Source: Octopus sinensis
Lineage: Eukaryota
Direction of reading: 5' to 3'
DNA length: 64,000 nucleotides
Assembly (NCBI RefSeq): GCF_006345805.1
Contig: NC_042998.1
Location: 130,448,001 to 130,512,000 of the forward strand
The stretch's first letter is position 1; the number at the start of each line of letters is the position of its first letter. A program made the translations under genes and the position numbers. Under the pieces are notes generated by a model. It did not search any database. It had not been told where the DNA came from and saw only the letters and a list, made by a program, of their open reading frames with translations. This document shows positions 1-12,527 of this stretch, one piece after another.

Positions 1-239
1 GCAATTAATAGAAAGATTCATTGAAATGAGTCATTGATACTGCAATGTGTGTCCCTTATATGACTCTTGAGCCCTGCCACAAATTTGCACATTTTATTGC
101 ATAATGCAGTTGTATTGGCTGTGAGAACGAACTGGTACTACAGTGTGAAGTGTTTTTTGACATGTCTTTTTAATTCTCCATCTGAACGGCACAAGTTACA
201 CATGTTCTGTTATCAACAATACCTGTATCATAACTTACA

Positions 240-2250
240 AGGGGTCGATTCCCGTGGCTTCTTTGATGGCTGACCAGGTTGGTATGGCTTGAGCATTGCC
301 TCCTACAAATCACACACATGCACGCTTTTTCTCTGTCTATTTTGTCTTGTGCTTCTCTCTCCCAACTAGCATGTTTGTGTAATGCCTGTTTGTGTTAAAG
401 CAGTTTCAAGGCAGTCTTTGAACCACATTTTAGGTTTATGTGCTGGCCTTTTACTATCTTTCACTTCATCATACAAAAGTTGCTTAGGATGTCTTCTATC
501 ACTCATTCTCATCCCACCATAAACAACTTTACAGAATAATCGATTATACACTTCTTTTATCACTCATTCTCACTCCGCCACACACGACTTTACAGAATAA
601 TCGATTATACACTTCTCTCAAGTGCCTCTACTCCATTGTCCGCCGTTCTTGAATTTATTCCAAGTATGATCCGAAGACAATGTTGATGGATTCCAAATGC
701 TTCAAATATTTGCGATAAATAACACATATCTCACATCCATTGAGCAATGATGGAAGAACACGTCTTATAAATCCTAACTTTAGTTCAGATAGATATGATA
801 TGGTGTGACCAAAGACGCTTGTGAAGGCTACCAAAGGCATCACTAGTTTTGTTGATTCTAAATGAAATTTCATTTTCAACACCGGTAATGTTCATAGTAC
901 TTCCTGAATATGTGAATTTGGTGATGACTTCTAGCCTTTGTTCATAGACAGTTACAGACACTTCCATATAAAGCTTAGAGGAGACAGGCTGATATATAAG
1001 AAAAGTTTTCTTCAAGACAATGTTAAGGCCCCATGCTGTACATACTGTAGAAATCGCATTGACTATGTGTTGTATGTCTCTTTGGGTATCTGCTAACATG
1101 TCACAATCATCTGCGCACAAGAACTTAATGATGTGAAAGTGAAGACCATTTTTTTATGGCGCAAAGTCCTTTGATGTTGAAAAGTTTTTCTGCGTTCCTA
1201 TATCTTATATAGACCTCTTCAGCTCAATCTTCGAAGAATATTTGGAAGACAATCGTAAAATGCAGATGAAACGAAGTTTGGAGCAGGAATATCACCCTGT
1301 TTCACACACCATTTTTAATAAATTGGATCTGACAGGGTATCTCCAGCATTAACTCTCACTCCATCCCGTCATGAAATTGTCTAAGCATTCTCACAAATTT
1401 TTCAGGACAGCACAGATTTTTCAAGATCTCCCAAAGTGCAATTCTATTTACAGAATCAAATGTTTTGTGAGATCAATAAAACTTGGTATAAGTCCATATC
1501 GTGTTCGATACACTATTCCTGTGATTCATCAGCAATGTGCAGATGCAATCTATTCAGAATTACCGTACAAAGAACCTCTCCAGCCACAGCTAACAGACAC
1601 ATTCCACGAAAAATATCGCAGGCATCATTTCCACCCATCGATTTATAAAGTATATTCATAATCGTATCCTGCCAATCTTGAGGAACCACTTTACTATGCC
1701 GAACCCTCGGGATCCCACCTGTACAGGATCAACATTGTACAGTGGTGTTCACCATTATATTTGTATATCTCTCTGCACCTAATTCATCCAAACCAGCAGC
1801 CTTTTAATTTCACGATAGCCGCTTTTATTTCAGCGGGTTTCGGAACTTCTGCTAAACAATGTTTTGTTGGTCTTTCGAAATTATTATCAGGGACAGAGAC
1901 ATCAACTTCAGTGGGTTTATGGAGCAACTCACCAAAGTGATATTTCTGTTTCCCAACCATATCTTTAGGATCTGTTGATAATTCTGTGCATGTTTGCTAC
2001 GAAGCGGAGCGCCTCTTGATGAAGTTGGATCATAAACTGTTTTCCAGAGAGACACGATGTTTTGAATTGTTAGCATTTGAAGATTCTTGGATTTCATTGC
2101 AGCTAACACTCCCCAAGTTTTCCTGCATTATCATCTCCTTCCACTGCACCGTTACTTTTATTTCCTTAAAATGTGTTGCTGCTGTCCTGTTCATTGAGGA
2201 GTCTGCATTTAGCAACATGTTGACTGTCTTTCGCTAATCCTCAATTTTTT
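240..2250 (-). mobile_element. Degraded RTE-clade LINE, RT domain and C-terminus
   Basis: Minus-strand fragments FIDLTK (~1470), VKQGDIPAP (~1290), CADDCDMLA..DIQ..KKT, KFTYSGST, RINKTSDAFGSL..RLW, LPSLLNGCE, RHPKQLLY..KD.L; many frameshifts; ~61-bp tandem duplication at 499-618. Confidence 0.85.
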
Positions 2251-3378
2251 AGGTAATTCCTTTTATGCCAAATAAGCACGCGCGCTATATATACATTCTT
2301 CACTCGTTTATTACTATTCGTATTTTATCGTATGGCCGTTGTCTGGAAATCTTTGGTCTCACGTCTGTGACCTCTTCAGCAACCCTTTCCGTCCACGTGA
2401 ATCCGCCTGCCCCACTTAGTCCATTGTGTCTTTCTACGATGTACGTCTTCATCTGCACATGCTTTTGCGTCCGTATGCGTGTGTTTGTGTGTGTATGTGT
2501 GTGTGTATGTGTGTGCGTGCGTAGGTGTGCGTGCGCGTGTTTACGTGTTACGCATGTGTGCTTGTGTCTGTGTATATGTGCTTGCCCACTACCCTTTTTA
2601 TATCCGTGCCCTTTTGATTGTTGTTTTTCTTAGTGTTACTTTGACATTTCCCTCACCTATGTCTTCTCTTCTGTTGCTGTTGTTGCTGTTCTTGACCCCT
2701 ACTTTTGTTAGTGTTCATGTATCTTTCTGTGTTTGTGTGTTCGTTCATGCTGTTACTATCGTGTATGTTGTTGTTGTTACGGCTGCTTGTGATGTTACTG
2801 TATGTGTGTTTGTGTGTGTGTGTGTGTGTGTGTACATATGGGTCTGCTTACTATATTGTTTAACTCCGTGCCATTTGCATGCAACTCTTTTTTTATTTCC
2901 ATTCCATGTTAATGAGACACGACATTACATTATACACAAACGTTGTCGTACATGTACATACGTAAGTGAAAACATACAGACAACAAACATGCATTCAAAT
3001 CTCACACATGCACGCACACACAAACACACACACACATGCGCGCGCGCACGCAGAAGGACAGAGACTCACATACACGAACATTCTTACAAAAACATACGTA
3101 CATAGTTAACTAGACAAATAGACATACCTGAAAATACCCAAAACTTTTAACTTCTATATATACTCATTTTCACTTTATCTTTAAGCTACACTTTTCTTTG
3201 TCTGCGAGCTGATGGTGCCCTTCTTTATCACCTTTTGTAATTTCAACTTCTTCGTCACCTTCATCTTCTCTTCCTTTCCATATCTCACAAGTAAATGTTT
3301 ACTTACTAGTAGTCATTGTATCAATCTTTTTCTTCTGCTTCGGATTCCATTTATTCTGTCTGTCTTTTTGTCTATCTC

Positions 3379-3415
<37 letters not shown>

Positions 3416-6400
3416 CTCTATTATTTCTAACCCTACTTTCAATCTTCCTACTTTTATACTATATTTATAAATGCTTTTGATGTGTATCCTCGCTCATGTT
3501 GACACCCGTCATTGAACTCCATAAGTTGTATGATGCTTCACAGCACTATGGTCTGAACTGCAGAAGTATAAATTCACATTATCACGAATGTCTCAAAGGA
3601 CAACCCCCAACACTGACACAGCCAGATGCATGTTATATGTACATACACAGACAGACACTCATACACAAATATACATATACATATATATATATATTTACAT
3701 ACACACATAGGCTTATATATTTATTTAGATGTGCACACAAATGCACCATTTGTTCTAATAAAGTTATGGTAGATTGGGCTGTATCTTAGAGAAAGCTCAT
3801 ATTTGGAAATGTTTGAATATCACACAACCTTAAGAACTCAATAAAATATTGATAAAAATGTGTATCATTCCTTACTGGTCTGCAGCAGCAAAACAAAAAC
3901 ATGCAGAGAATATAAATATTGTGAATGATTGGAAATTATATGAACCTATGCAAAAATATTGGTTTTCATATAGACGTTAATGCCATTCTTGTCTAATGAT
4001 TAACATCTTATACAAATATAAGAATGGAAAGCAGATCAGGTGGGATGCCATTGCCTTGCTGCTGTCAGTAGGATTTACTGTCATTGTATATGATTGATAG
4101 TGTGACAGTTTTAACAGTCGAAGAAGAGCTTGTCAGCTCTGAAGTATACTGGATAGTAGAACTACTTTAAATATGCTTGTCTCAGCAGAATAATCTACGT
4201 GGTCATACTTCCTAGAGGGTCTCTGACCGAGCTGGTGAATTATAGTTAGTTTAGTTAAGAAAATGACAGCTATTTATATTACTAGAGCTAATTAAAATTA
4301 ATATATTCCCTTTTGTAAATTTTGTATTGAATATAATCTAATAAGAGCTCGTAATGAGGAATATGACATTTTTATATCTCGTAGCTCCACATGACTTATT
4401 CCCTGATGTAGCAGTTGTCATTTCTGAATTACTTTGCCCATTTGTATCTGTACATACGTAACTGCACAAGAATAATTATACATTTAAACAGATATGCTGA
4501 AATGTGTGTGTGATTGTAATTATATTTGATCTTGCAAAATAATATAGATACGGTCTTTTATTGTGTCAATACTCTCAAATATTTTCACCGATGAAAGCCT
4601 GTCTAATGAAAAAAATATTAGGAACCGTTTACGCTGATTTTATATCTAATTATGTATGATGGGTAGTGTAATCCCCATGCCTGTACTGCTGGGCACATGT
4701 CTGTTTTCGTAACTCGTATCAATAACTGAGTATTTTGCAGCAAGCTAACGAAACAGATGCTAGTTATTTAGTAACCTAAACAATTTTCTATAACTGTAGC
4801 TAAAACCTGTCAACAATTAAACGAAATAAGAAAAGTTAAACAGTATTTTGAGCTGCTACAAATACCGACACCCGTGACAATAATGGAATTCTTGAATGAT
4901 CAACAAGCACCATGCCGATATTACATGAATTCGTTGGCAATGCATCTGTCAAATACGTCTGCTTATAATCCAGGGATTCTAGAAGAGCAAAATCAGTGAC
5001 TGAATTGCAACTGCACTGGTGTTGACTATGTTGTTAAGAACAGCAATTGTCATATCCATATGTTCTCTTTCGGAGTTATAACAAAGAAATAATCTTAAAA
5101 CAGTCCATATATTGTACTTTCCTATATAATTAATTAAATCATCCGCTCCTTCTAGTGTTGCTTAAGTTTAAAACAAGAGCTACAAATAGAACAAAATATG
5201 TCTGAAGGATTTGCAATACAAATACAAGGAATGTTAACAATATATATTTAAAAACACGAGAACAGAGAAGCGGGGAAAATAAGACCATTAAGAAGTAAAA
5301 TAATAACTGCGACAGACACGTGCATTAATATTTTTGCAAGCACAGTATAGTTAATATTTTTCAAATAATTTGTAGGAAGTTATACGTTAACATTAAGTAA
5401 CTGAGTTATCTTTTGTATTTGGTAAGAAATGATTCAATTTTCCTATTGTCAGAACCATTTATCTCAAATGTCGTACTCAGCTTCGTTGCTTCACAGGTTT
5501 ACTCCTCACACATATTAGCAACACTAGCTTTGGAAATCTCATGGTTCTGAAACCATTTGATGAGAAATCTCTCTTTCCACAGGAATATAATACGAAAAAA
5601 ACTACGATCAAAATATCATTTGGTTACAGGTGCCATTCAAGAGGAATTTGTATAGTGTTTATACAAATAAGATGTGCAGGGTCAAATTGTATTGATAAAT
5701 ATATTTTAAAAAAGAAAACACATACTTGCTTCAAACGAATTTGATGTGGCATTAAGGGCAGTGTTCCGATCTTAAATTGCGGATAATTTTACATTAATTC
5801 TCTCGGTCTTATATATTTCTACAGCATTATCTTAATATTTACCATAAATAATTACTTACATTGGTACCTTTTGTACTGAATTGACTCTTATATATTAAAT
5901 GCATTTAACACACATACACATACAAGGAAAGCACGCATACACATGTATACACACACGCATACACGCATATATATATATCAACTGAGTTGCACATAAATCC
6001 TAATGATATCCATTTCACGTGTTGTAATTTTTACTGCAGGAATACACTTTCTGTTGAAGCGGAGTGTTTCTGAGGCCAATATAGTTGTCAACGCCAGTGA
6101 GTAAATATGGCTGAGTGTTTTCACTACGATGAAAATAGCTCGGGATATTGGTTACTTGAAATATAGTTTATAATTTAGTGTCTCTTTATATTCCCCTTAC
6201 TTGAAAGTGAAGTGCATTGATAATGCAATAAAACAGAAATGTAGCAGCGTCAATACAACATGATTCACAAATGAATTACACCAATCTTCTGAAAGTACTT
6301 GACATATGAGTACTAAACGGGATTGTATTATGCCTACTTAAATTAAATCCTACAGGCATAGATGTCTGGAATCAGCCACCAACCGAACTTATCAGGTAAT

Positions 6401-7664
6401 TACGTAGGCTGACAAAACCGTTCGTGTCAAATAGCAGCCATCTCGAGCGGGAAGGCTCTGGCTATTAACCGGGATTATCATGAAAATCGATCCACAAACT
6501 TCAGTTGGTAACTTAGAGTAAGTGGTTGTATTGAAAGAGGTTCCGTGTTGGACGATGTTTGAAAGCAAAGGACAGAGTTTCTTCCAAGATCAAGCTTTCA
6601 TAAACATGTTCAAACTCCAGGTGCAGAAGGTGAGGGTAGAGAGGGTGGATCTATTCTGTAGTAAATTTCATGGAAGCTGTGTGAGCATGTATAATAAGGA
6701 TTGGTCAAATATGATCACTTTTATTATGCGGCTATAGGCTGGCGGCATAAATGGAGGTACTTGATTATTTTTGAGTCAAAGTAATCGAAAAATTTCATGT
6801 AATCTAGTTCAGAGTATCTTATGGATTTCCACTCTCTATTCATTTTAGCATTTTGTGCTAGTTTATTGTTCTACATTCTTATTTCTATGTATTGTTCTCT
6901 ATTTAAGCATATTTTAATTCTATCACTCAATGCAAATCACTCACTGCTTTTTGTATTCATTTGTATTTCGAAATCTAAATCTTGTCAAGAGTCGTTAAAA
7001 TTTAAATCAGTATATTTTTTACTATCAGGATCAATTTATCATCATTATCATCAATATTCTTCTCCCCATCGTCATACCCATCCTCATCATTACCAGCAGC
7101 AGCAGCAACATCGCAACTACCACAGCTGCCGCCGTCGTCATCGTCTTCAAACTCCTTACCCTCCTCCTCATCCTTCTTCTGTTCCTCCTCCACCTCTTCT
7201 TCCTAATCATTATCATCATAAACACCACCACCTTCACCAACGCTCTTCTTATTATCTTCAACAGCAACATCATCTATCATTATCATAGATCCCCATAGTC
7301 ATTGCCATAATCTTCATGAGAATATCATTTATGATAAATGTACGCCATACACCCCCTCCTTCCTCCCATTCCCATTATTATTACCATAGATGGAAATATA
7401 ATAGACCTGGACACGGTAGAAGCAGTCTTAACCATATTAGAAGTAAATATATAGCATCAGCAGCAGTGATAAAATCAGCGGCTTTAGGAGTACGGACATC
7501 GCCAGCATTAGAAATATCATCATCAGTAGTAGTAGACGTAGGAGTAGTAATATCAGGAAGAGGAGAAGAAGTGAAAGAGAAAGGATCGTTCTTTGTTTCT
7601 TGATGTTAGTGTGAAAACTATAAAAGTAATAGTGGCAATGATATATGTGTGTAATAATAACGAA

Positions 7665-7870
7665 CTTTTTTTACAGTAGGTTAAGGTCAGAAATTTCGTG
7701 GGAGAGAGCAAGTCGACTCCAGACTCCAGTGCTCGACTAGTACTTATTATTTTAACGATCTCAAAAGTATGAAAGACAAATTTGACTTCGGTGGTATTTG
7801 AACTCAGACTGTAAAGCCGAATGTAATCATTTTGTCCTGCGTGCTAACGATTCTACCTGTTCATTGCCTT
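7665..7870 (-). mobile_element. tRNA-derived SINE, family A (degraded)
   Basis: Reverse complement aligns with the copies at 12053 and 12312 (AAGGC.. head, TCTGAGTTCAAAT B-box-like, CTTTCAT..GATCG..AAGTAC core). Confidence 0.75.
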
Positions 7871-7888
7871 AAATTAATAATAATAATA

Positions 7889-7922
<34 letters not shown>

Positions 7923-7930
7923 TATTATTA

Positions 7931-7965
<35 letters not shown>

Positions 7966-7989
7966 CAGTATTATTATTATTATTATAAT

Positions 7990-8168
7990 TCATTCTGCTA
8001 TAGGCACAAGGCCTGAATTTTACAGGCAGAGTGCTAATCGTATCATCGACACCTGTGCTCAAAGATTACTTATTTTACCGACCTTGAAATGATGAACTAT
8101 CGATCTCGGCGGAAATGTCACTAAGTATTAGGTCTGGCGTACTACCACTTCTGCCAGCTCGCCACCTT
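7990..8168 (-). mobile_element. tRNA-derived SINE, family A
   Basis: Head AAGGTGGCGAGCTGGCAGAA and tail TTCAGGCCTTGTGCCTATAGCAGAATGA on the minus strand. Confidence 0.8.
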
Positions 8169-8249
8169 GATAAAAGAATTGTTGCATAGGCCTCACCAGC
8201 ACGAAAGTGCAGCAAATGATGCAATAAAAAGTTATTTGGTACTCTCAGA

Positions 8250-11200
8250 TGTCAAATTCTAATAGTGAAGACGATCGTGACGAACATTACCTTATCTCAT
8301 TCAATGAGAGACGCGAGTTTGCCCAGAAACTCTGGCAGTGACAGCGAAAATGAAGCTGGACCTTTAAGGGACAGCTTCTCGCTCGGCAGTGGTTCAGTAC
8401 AGATGCAGATTGATCACAGCTGTTATCCTAAGACAGGATGAGCAGATAATAGCGTAAGGAGGAGGAAGTGGGCCGGTGCTTCTTAGAAAGTGAACCTAAA
8501 ATGAATGAGTTATAGAAAACGGATGTTAACACTTTGGGTAGAGAAGGGTATGTTTAAAGTGATTGAGCAAAGTCCAGTACACCAAGTCAATGCTATTAGA
8601 AGAAAGTGGATGACGGAATTGGAGGTGGAGATGATCATAAGAGAACTGGAAAAGAAAGATGTGACGATAGAAAAGCTAAACAACAGCATAAGAGATACAG
8701 TTCAAGCAATACAAGAATCTTACATAATAAATAATAATAGCACTACGATCAGGAAGAGACAGCTGGCACCAGCAATGTAGGCGACATAAGTTAGGAAGAG
8801 CAGAATCAGAAGATTTTAGATGAGTTGCAGGAAGCAATGGGTAAAGAAAAAAGAAAAAATAATTCCATCAAGAAAGGAGCTGATAGATATTATTAGGAAA
8901 ATAGATTCTGTTATCAGAATAGATACTGAAAATATACGTGGCACTAACATATTGATCAATGCAGAAGAGGTAGTAGTTGCTAGATTAGGGATTCCTCAAT
9001 GAAAGATTGGAAGAAAAAACAAGTGTGGATAAGGAGATTACAAAATAAAGTGAAGATTTTAAGACGAGATGAAAGTAGAATAAAAAGCATGGAAACTAAA
9101 GAAGTTTGGAAATACACGATTTGATTTACATCACTCGAGAAAGATACTTAGTCAGACAGAAAGCAGTTGAGATAGTCATGGAAGATTTGAAACTGCGTAT
9201 CATAGCAGTAGCAGGTTAGTTTTCCAGATATCAGAAAAGAATAGAGCAATATCAACAGAACAGATTACTTGAGACTGACTAGAGGAGATTTTATGGCTAA
9301 ATGAATAGTGAAGAAGAAAGTCCTGAAGATGAGATACCTAAGGCAGAAGAAGCTAGAAAATTCTGGGGTAATATTTGGGATAAGCCAGTCAATCATAATG
9401 AAAATGCAGTATGGTTAAAGAAAGTGAGGGACGTAGTGATTGAGAAGCAGTCAGATTTAAAACTAATTATGCATTGATGAGTAAAGTTTCAGTAAAAGTG
9501 TCGAACAGGAAGGGCTGAAAACCAAATTTAGTTCCAGGGTACTGGTTAATAAAATTCAGCAGCTTACATGGGAAATTGAGGGGACAATTTCAAGATTGCC
9601 CGAACGGAAGAGTAATACCGGATTGGATGACTAGATGGAGAACAAGACTGCCTATGGAAATCAAAAGCAAGGGTAATACAGCTAGTAATAATAAGCCAAC
9701 CACTTGCTTACTGTCAGTGTGGAAGTTGTTAATAGGAATTCTATCAGAACGCATTTAGGGGCATCTTGACAGCCAGAATTTGCTATAAGAAGAAAAGAAA
9801 GAATGCAGGAAGAAGGCTAAAGGAGCGTATGATTTACATAGACAAAGGAGTTCTAAATGAAGTCAAATCTAGAAAGAAAAATGTTTACAATAGCATAGAT
9901 AGATTAAAAGAAAGCCTATGACATGATTCCACTCTAATGGATAAATGAATGCTGGAGTATATTCAGTACTGCAAACAATATAATAGAATTAATAGCTTAA
10001 GCATGAAGAAATTGAAAATAGATCTCTACTCAGGTGACACAGCCTTAGGGGAAGTCAATATAAAGAGAGGAATTTTGCAAGGACACTTGCCACTTTTAAT
10101 ATTTATGTTATGCTTAATCTTCCTCACTTTATCATCAAGGAAGGCAAAGGCAAGAAATCAGTTCAGAAATAGTAAAATTCACGATTTACTCTACAACCAT
10201 CATCGGAAGCTTCTTAGTAATAATGAAAAAGAGAGAGATTTCTTAATACAAAATCTTCGGTAAAGATATAGACATGGAATTTAGCAGATAAGTGATCAAT
10301 ATTAATCATAAAAATGGCACTGGTAATCAGCTTTGAAGGCATCCAATTACCAGATAGCCAGACATTAAAATAACTGAGACAAGTATTAAGATCTGACAAA
10401 GTAGTAACTATAGGAATGAAAACGAAAATTGAGAAGCAGTACACCAGAAGGGTGAAGAAGCTAATGACATCAAGCTAAATCGTCCGAATCTAGTAAAGGC
10501 TATAAATACTTCGGCAGTATCATTACTTAGGTGTTCGGTAACTTTTGTAGATTGGGCAAAATCTGAATTAGCAATCTAGATAGAAGAACTAGCAAGCAAT
10601 TCAATGTAAATGTTAACCGAAGAGCAGGAGTAACAAAATTATACTTACCTAGAAAGGAAGAAGGAAGATGGTTAATATCAGTAGACGACTGCGTAGAGTT
10701 AACTAGAGTAAATATAGCTCCTGTGTAGTTAATAATAAAGAAAGTTTGTTAAAAGCTGCTAGAGTCACAGTTGGACATATGGTAAAATCGGATAAAAAAA
10801 GAAGGATTATCTGACTAGTGATACATGGTTATGGTTGCAGAAAAGGAGTGGGGCTGTTAGTTGCAGCATAAGTTCAAGTAGTGAGGACTAATTGGATAAA
10901 AGACAAGATAGACAAAAACCAGGCGGTTTTCCACTGGAAGTTATGTAAATCAAAAGTGGAAAGTACTACTCATATAGTAACTGAATTTAGCATGCTCGTG
11001 CAGAAAGAACAACTTAGGGAGAGTGATCCACTAGAAGTTATATAGAAACCTAGGATTTAACCATACTGATAACTAGAATGAAGGTAAACAAAGTTAAGTA
11101 ATAGAATGTAAGAAATATAAGATGTGGAACTTTAAAATTCAGACTGACAGAGTAATTGAAATTAGAAGGCCTGATGTACTAGTAATAGACAAAGAGGATA

Positions 11201-11545
11201 GAATGTGCCAGATAACTGACTTTAGAGTACTAAATTATTACAAAGTCAATAAGAGAGGTATAGAAAAAATAGCAAAATACTAGAAACTAGCCATTGGATG
11301 ACGGAGACAATAGAAAGTGCGGGTAAAATGTACCCCAGTAATCAGGTACATTAGAAAATCTCCATAAACTTTGAACAGATGGATTGAGGAAATAGGCATA
11401 AAATTGTCGTTTAACAGAGCTTCAGCAAACTGTTATTAGGGACAACTAGATTACTTAGGAAGGTTTGTGGCATCTAAGGATACTTGTAGCTCGCTTGTAG
11501 GATTTTTTTTTGCAACAGTTTAATCTAATGTGCGTGCATGAAACG
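8250..11545 (+). mobile_element. Near full-length, decayed R4/Dong-clade non-LTR retrotransposon (RT + RLE endonuclease)
   Basis: N-terminal YRKRMLTLWVEKGMF..EQ..VHQVNAIRR; FWGNIW; IPDWMT..T; KAYDMIP (~9912); KRGILQG; RRPDVLVID (~11164); many stops; 3' end runs into (GAT)n/(AAT)n. The 5' boundary is approximate. Confidence 0.85.
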
Positions 11546-11587
11546 ATGATGATGATGAGAATGATGATGATGATGTTGATGTTGATG

Positions 11588-11628
<41 letters not shown>

Positions 11629-11629
<1 letters not shown>

Positions 11630-11995
11630 TCTTACTTATCGACCAAGCATGTTCCTTTCATTCCGGATCGTAAAGAAAAAAGAAAAAATACAATCCCTTA
11701 AAATTTGAAATAAGAAGAATTTGGAACATGTGAACAGTTAACGTCGTGCCTATAATAATAGGTGCGTTGAGAACCGTAGGCAAAATTATAAACAAATGGC
11801 TGAAGGAGATTAAAATACAATGCTCAGTAGAGCTCCTGCAGAAAGTTTGTCTCTTCGGGAGAGCAAGGATTATCAGGAGGGTTCTGAGCCCTTCAGAGAT
11901 TGCTGAAAACCTTCGGATACTTAAGTTTACATGTAGTAACCTGCGATCCACATGAATACTATCAGGAATAAGACCGAATCTGAGCCACACCAAAA
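11629..11995 (+). mobile_element. 5'-truncated R4/Dong fragment (RLE C-terminus and 3' UTR) of a second family
   Basis: PIIIGALRTV..LLQKVCLFGRARIIRRVLS matches the Dong C-terminus (compare PIIVGALG..IQKIALLGTAHILRRTL at 51.4 kb); starts directly after an (AAT)n tract. Confidence 0.85.
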
Positions 11996-12052
11996 CAATA
12001 ATGTCACTAAAATATTATCATCATCATTATTATTATTACTATTATTATTATT

Positions 12053-12270
12053 AAGGCGGCGAGCTGGCAGAATCGTTCGCACGTCCGGCGACATGCTTAG
12101 CAGTATTTCGCGCATCGTTAAGTTCTAAGTTCAAATTCCGCCGAAGTCGAATTTACCTTTAATACTTTCGGGGTCGATATATTAAGTACCAGTAAAATAC
12201 TGGGGTCGATGTAACCGATTTAATCCCTCCCCTAAAATTTCAGGCCTTGTGCCTATTATAGAAAGGATTA
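12053..12270 (+). mobile_element. tRNA-derived SINE, family A
   Basis: AAGGCGGCGAGCTGGCAGAA head, AAGTTCAAATTCC B box, TTTCGGGGTCGATATATTAAGTACCAG core, tail CAGGCCTTGTGCCTATTATAGAAAGG then (ATT)n; (ATT)n also upstream. Confidence 0.85.
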
Positions 12271-12311
12271 TTATTATTATTATTATGATTGTTGTTGTTG
12301 TTGCTGTTGTC

Positions 12312-12527
12312 AAGGCGATGAGCTGGCAGAAACGTTAGCGCGTCGGATTAAGTGCCTGGCGGTATTTCACCCGTCGTCACGTTCTGAGTTCGAATTCCGC
12401 CGAGGTCGGTCTTGCCTTTCATCCTTTCGGGATCGATAAATTAAGTACTAGCTGCGTACTGGGGTCGATCGAATCAACTAGCTCCCCAACCCAAAAATGT
12501 CAGGCCTTGTGCCTATAGTAGAATGGA
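12312..12527 (+). mobile_element. tRNA-derived SINE, family A (tandem with the previous copy)
   Basis: Same head, GAGTTCGAATTCC B box, CTTTCATCCTTTCGGGATCGATAAATTAAGTAC core and tail; sits in the (ATT)/(GTT)n tail of the previous copy. Confidence 0.85.

Noticed and set aside
2265-3105. ORFs of 122 and 208 aa rich in CV/HT
   Set aside because: Translations of (TG)n/(CA)n microsatellite; the same applies to the many YIYI, IIII, LLLL and HTHT ORFs across the window.
6821-7603. His/Pro/Gln-rich and acidic ORFs
   Set aside because: Degenerate CAT/CCT/CAG trinucleotide tract, open in several frames on both strands, with no domain.
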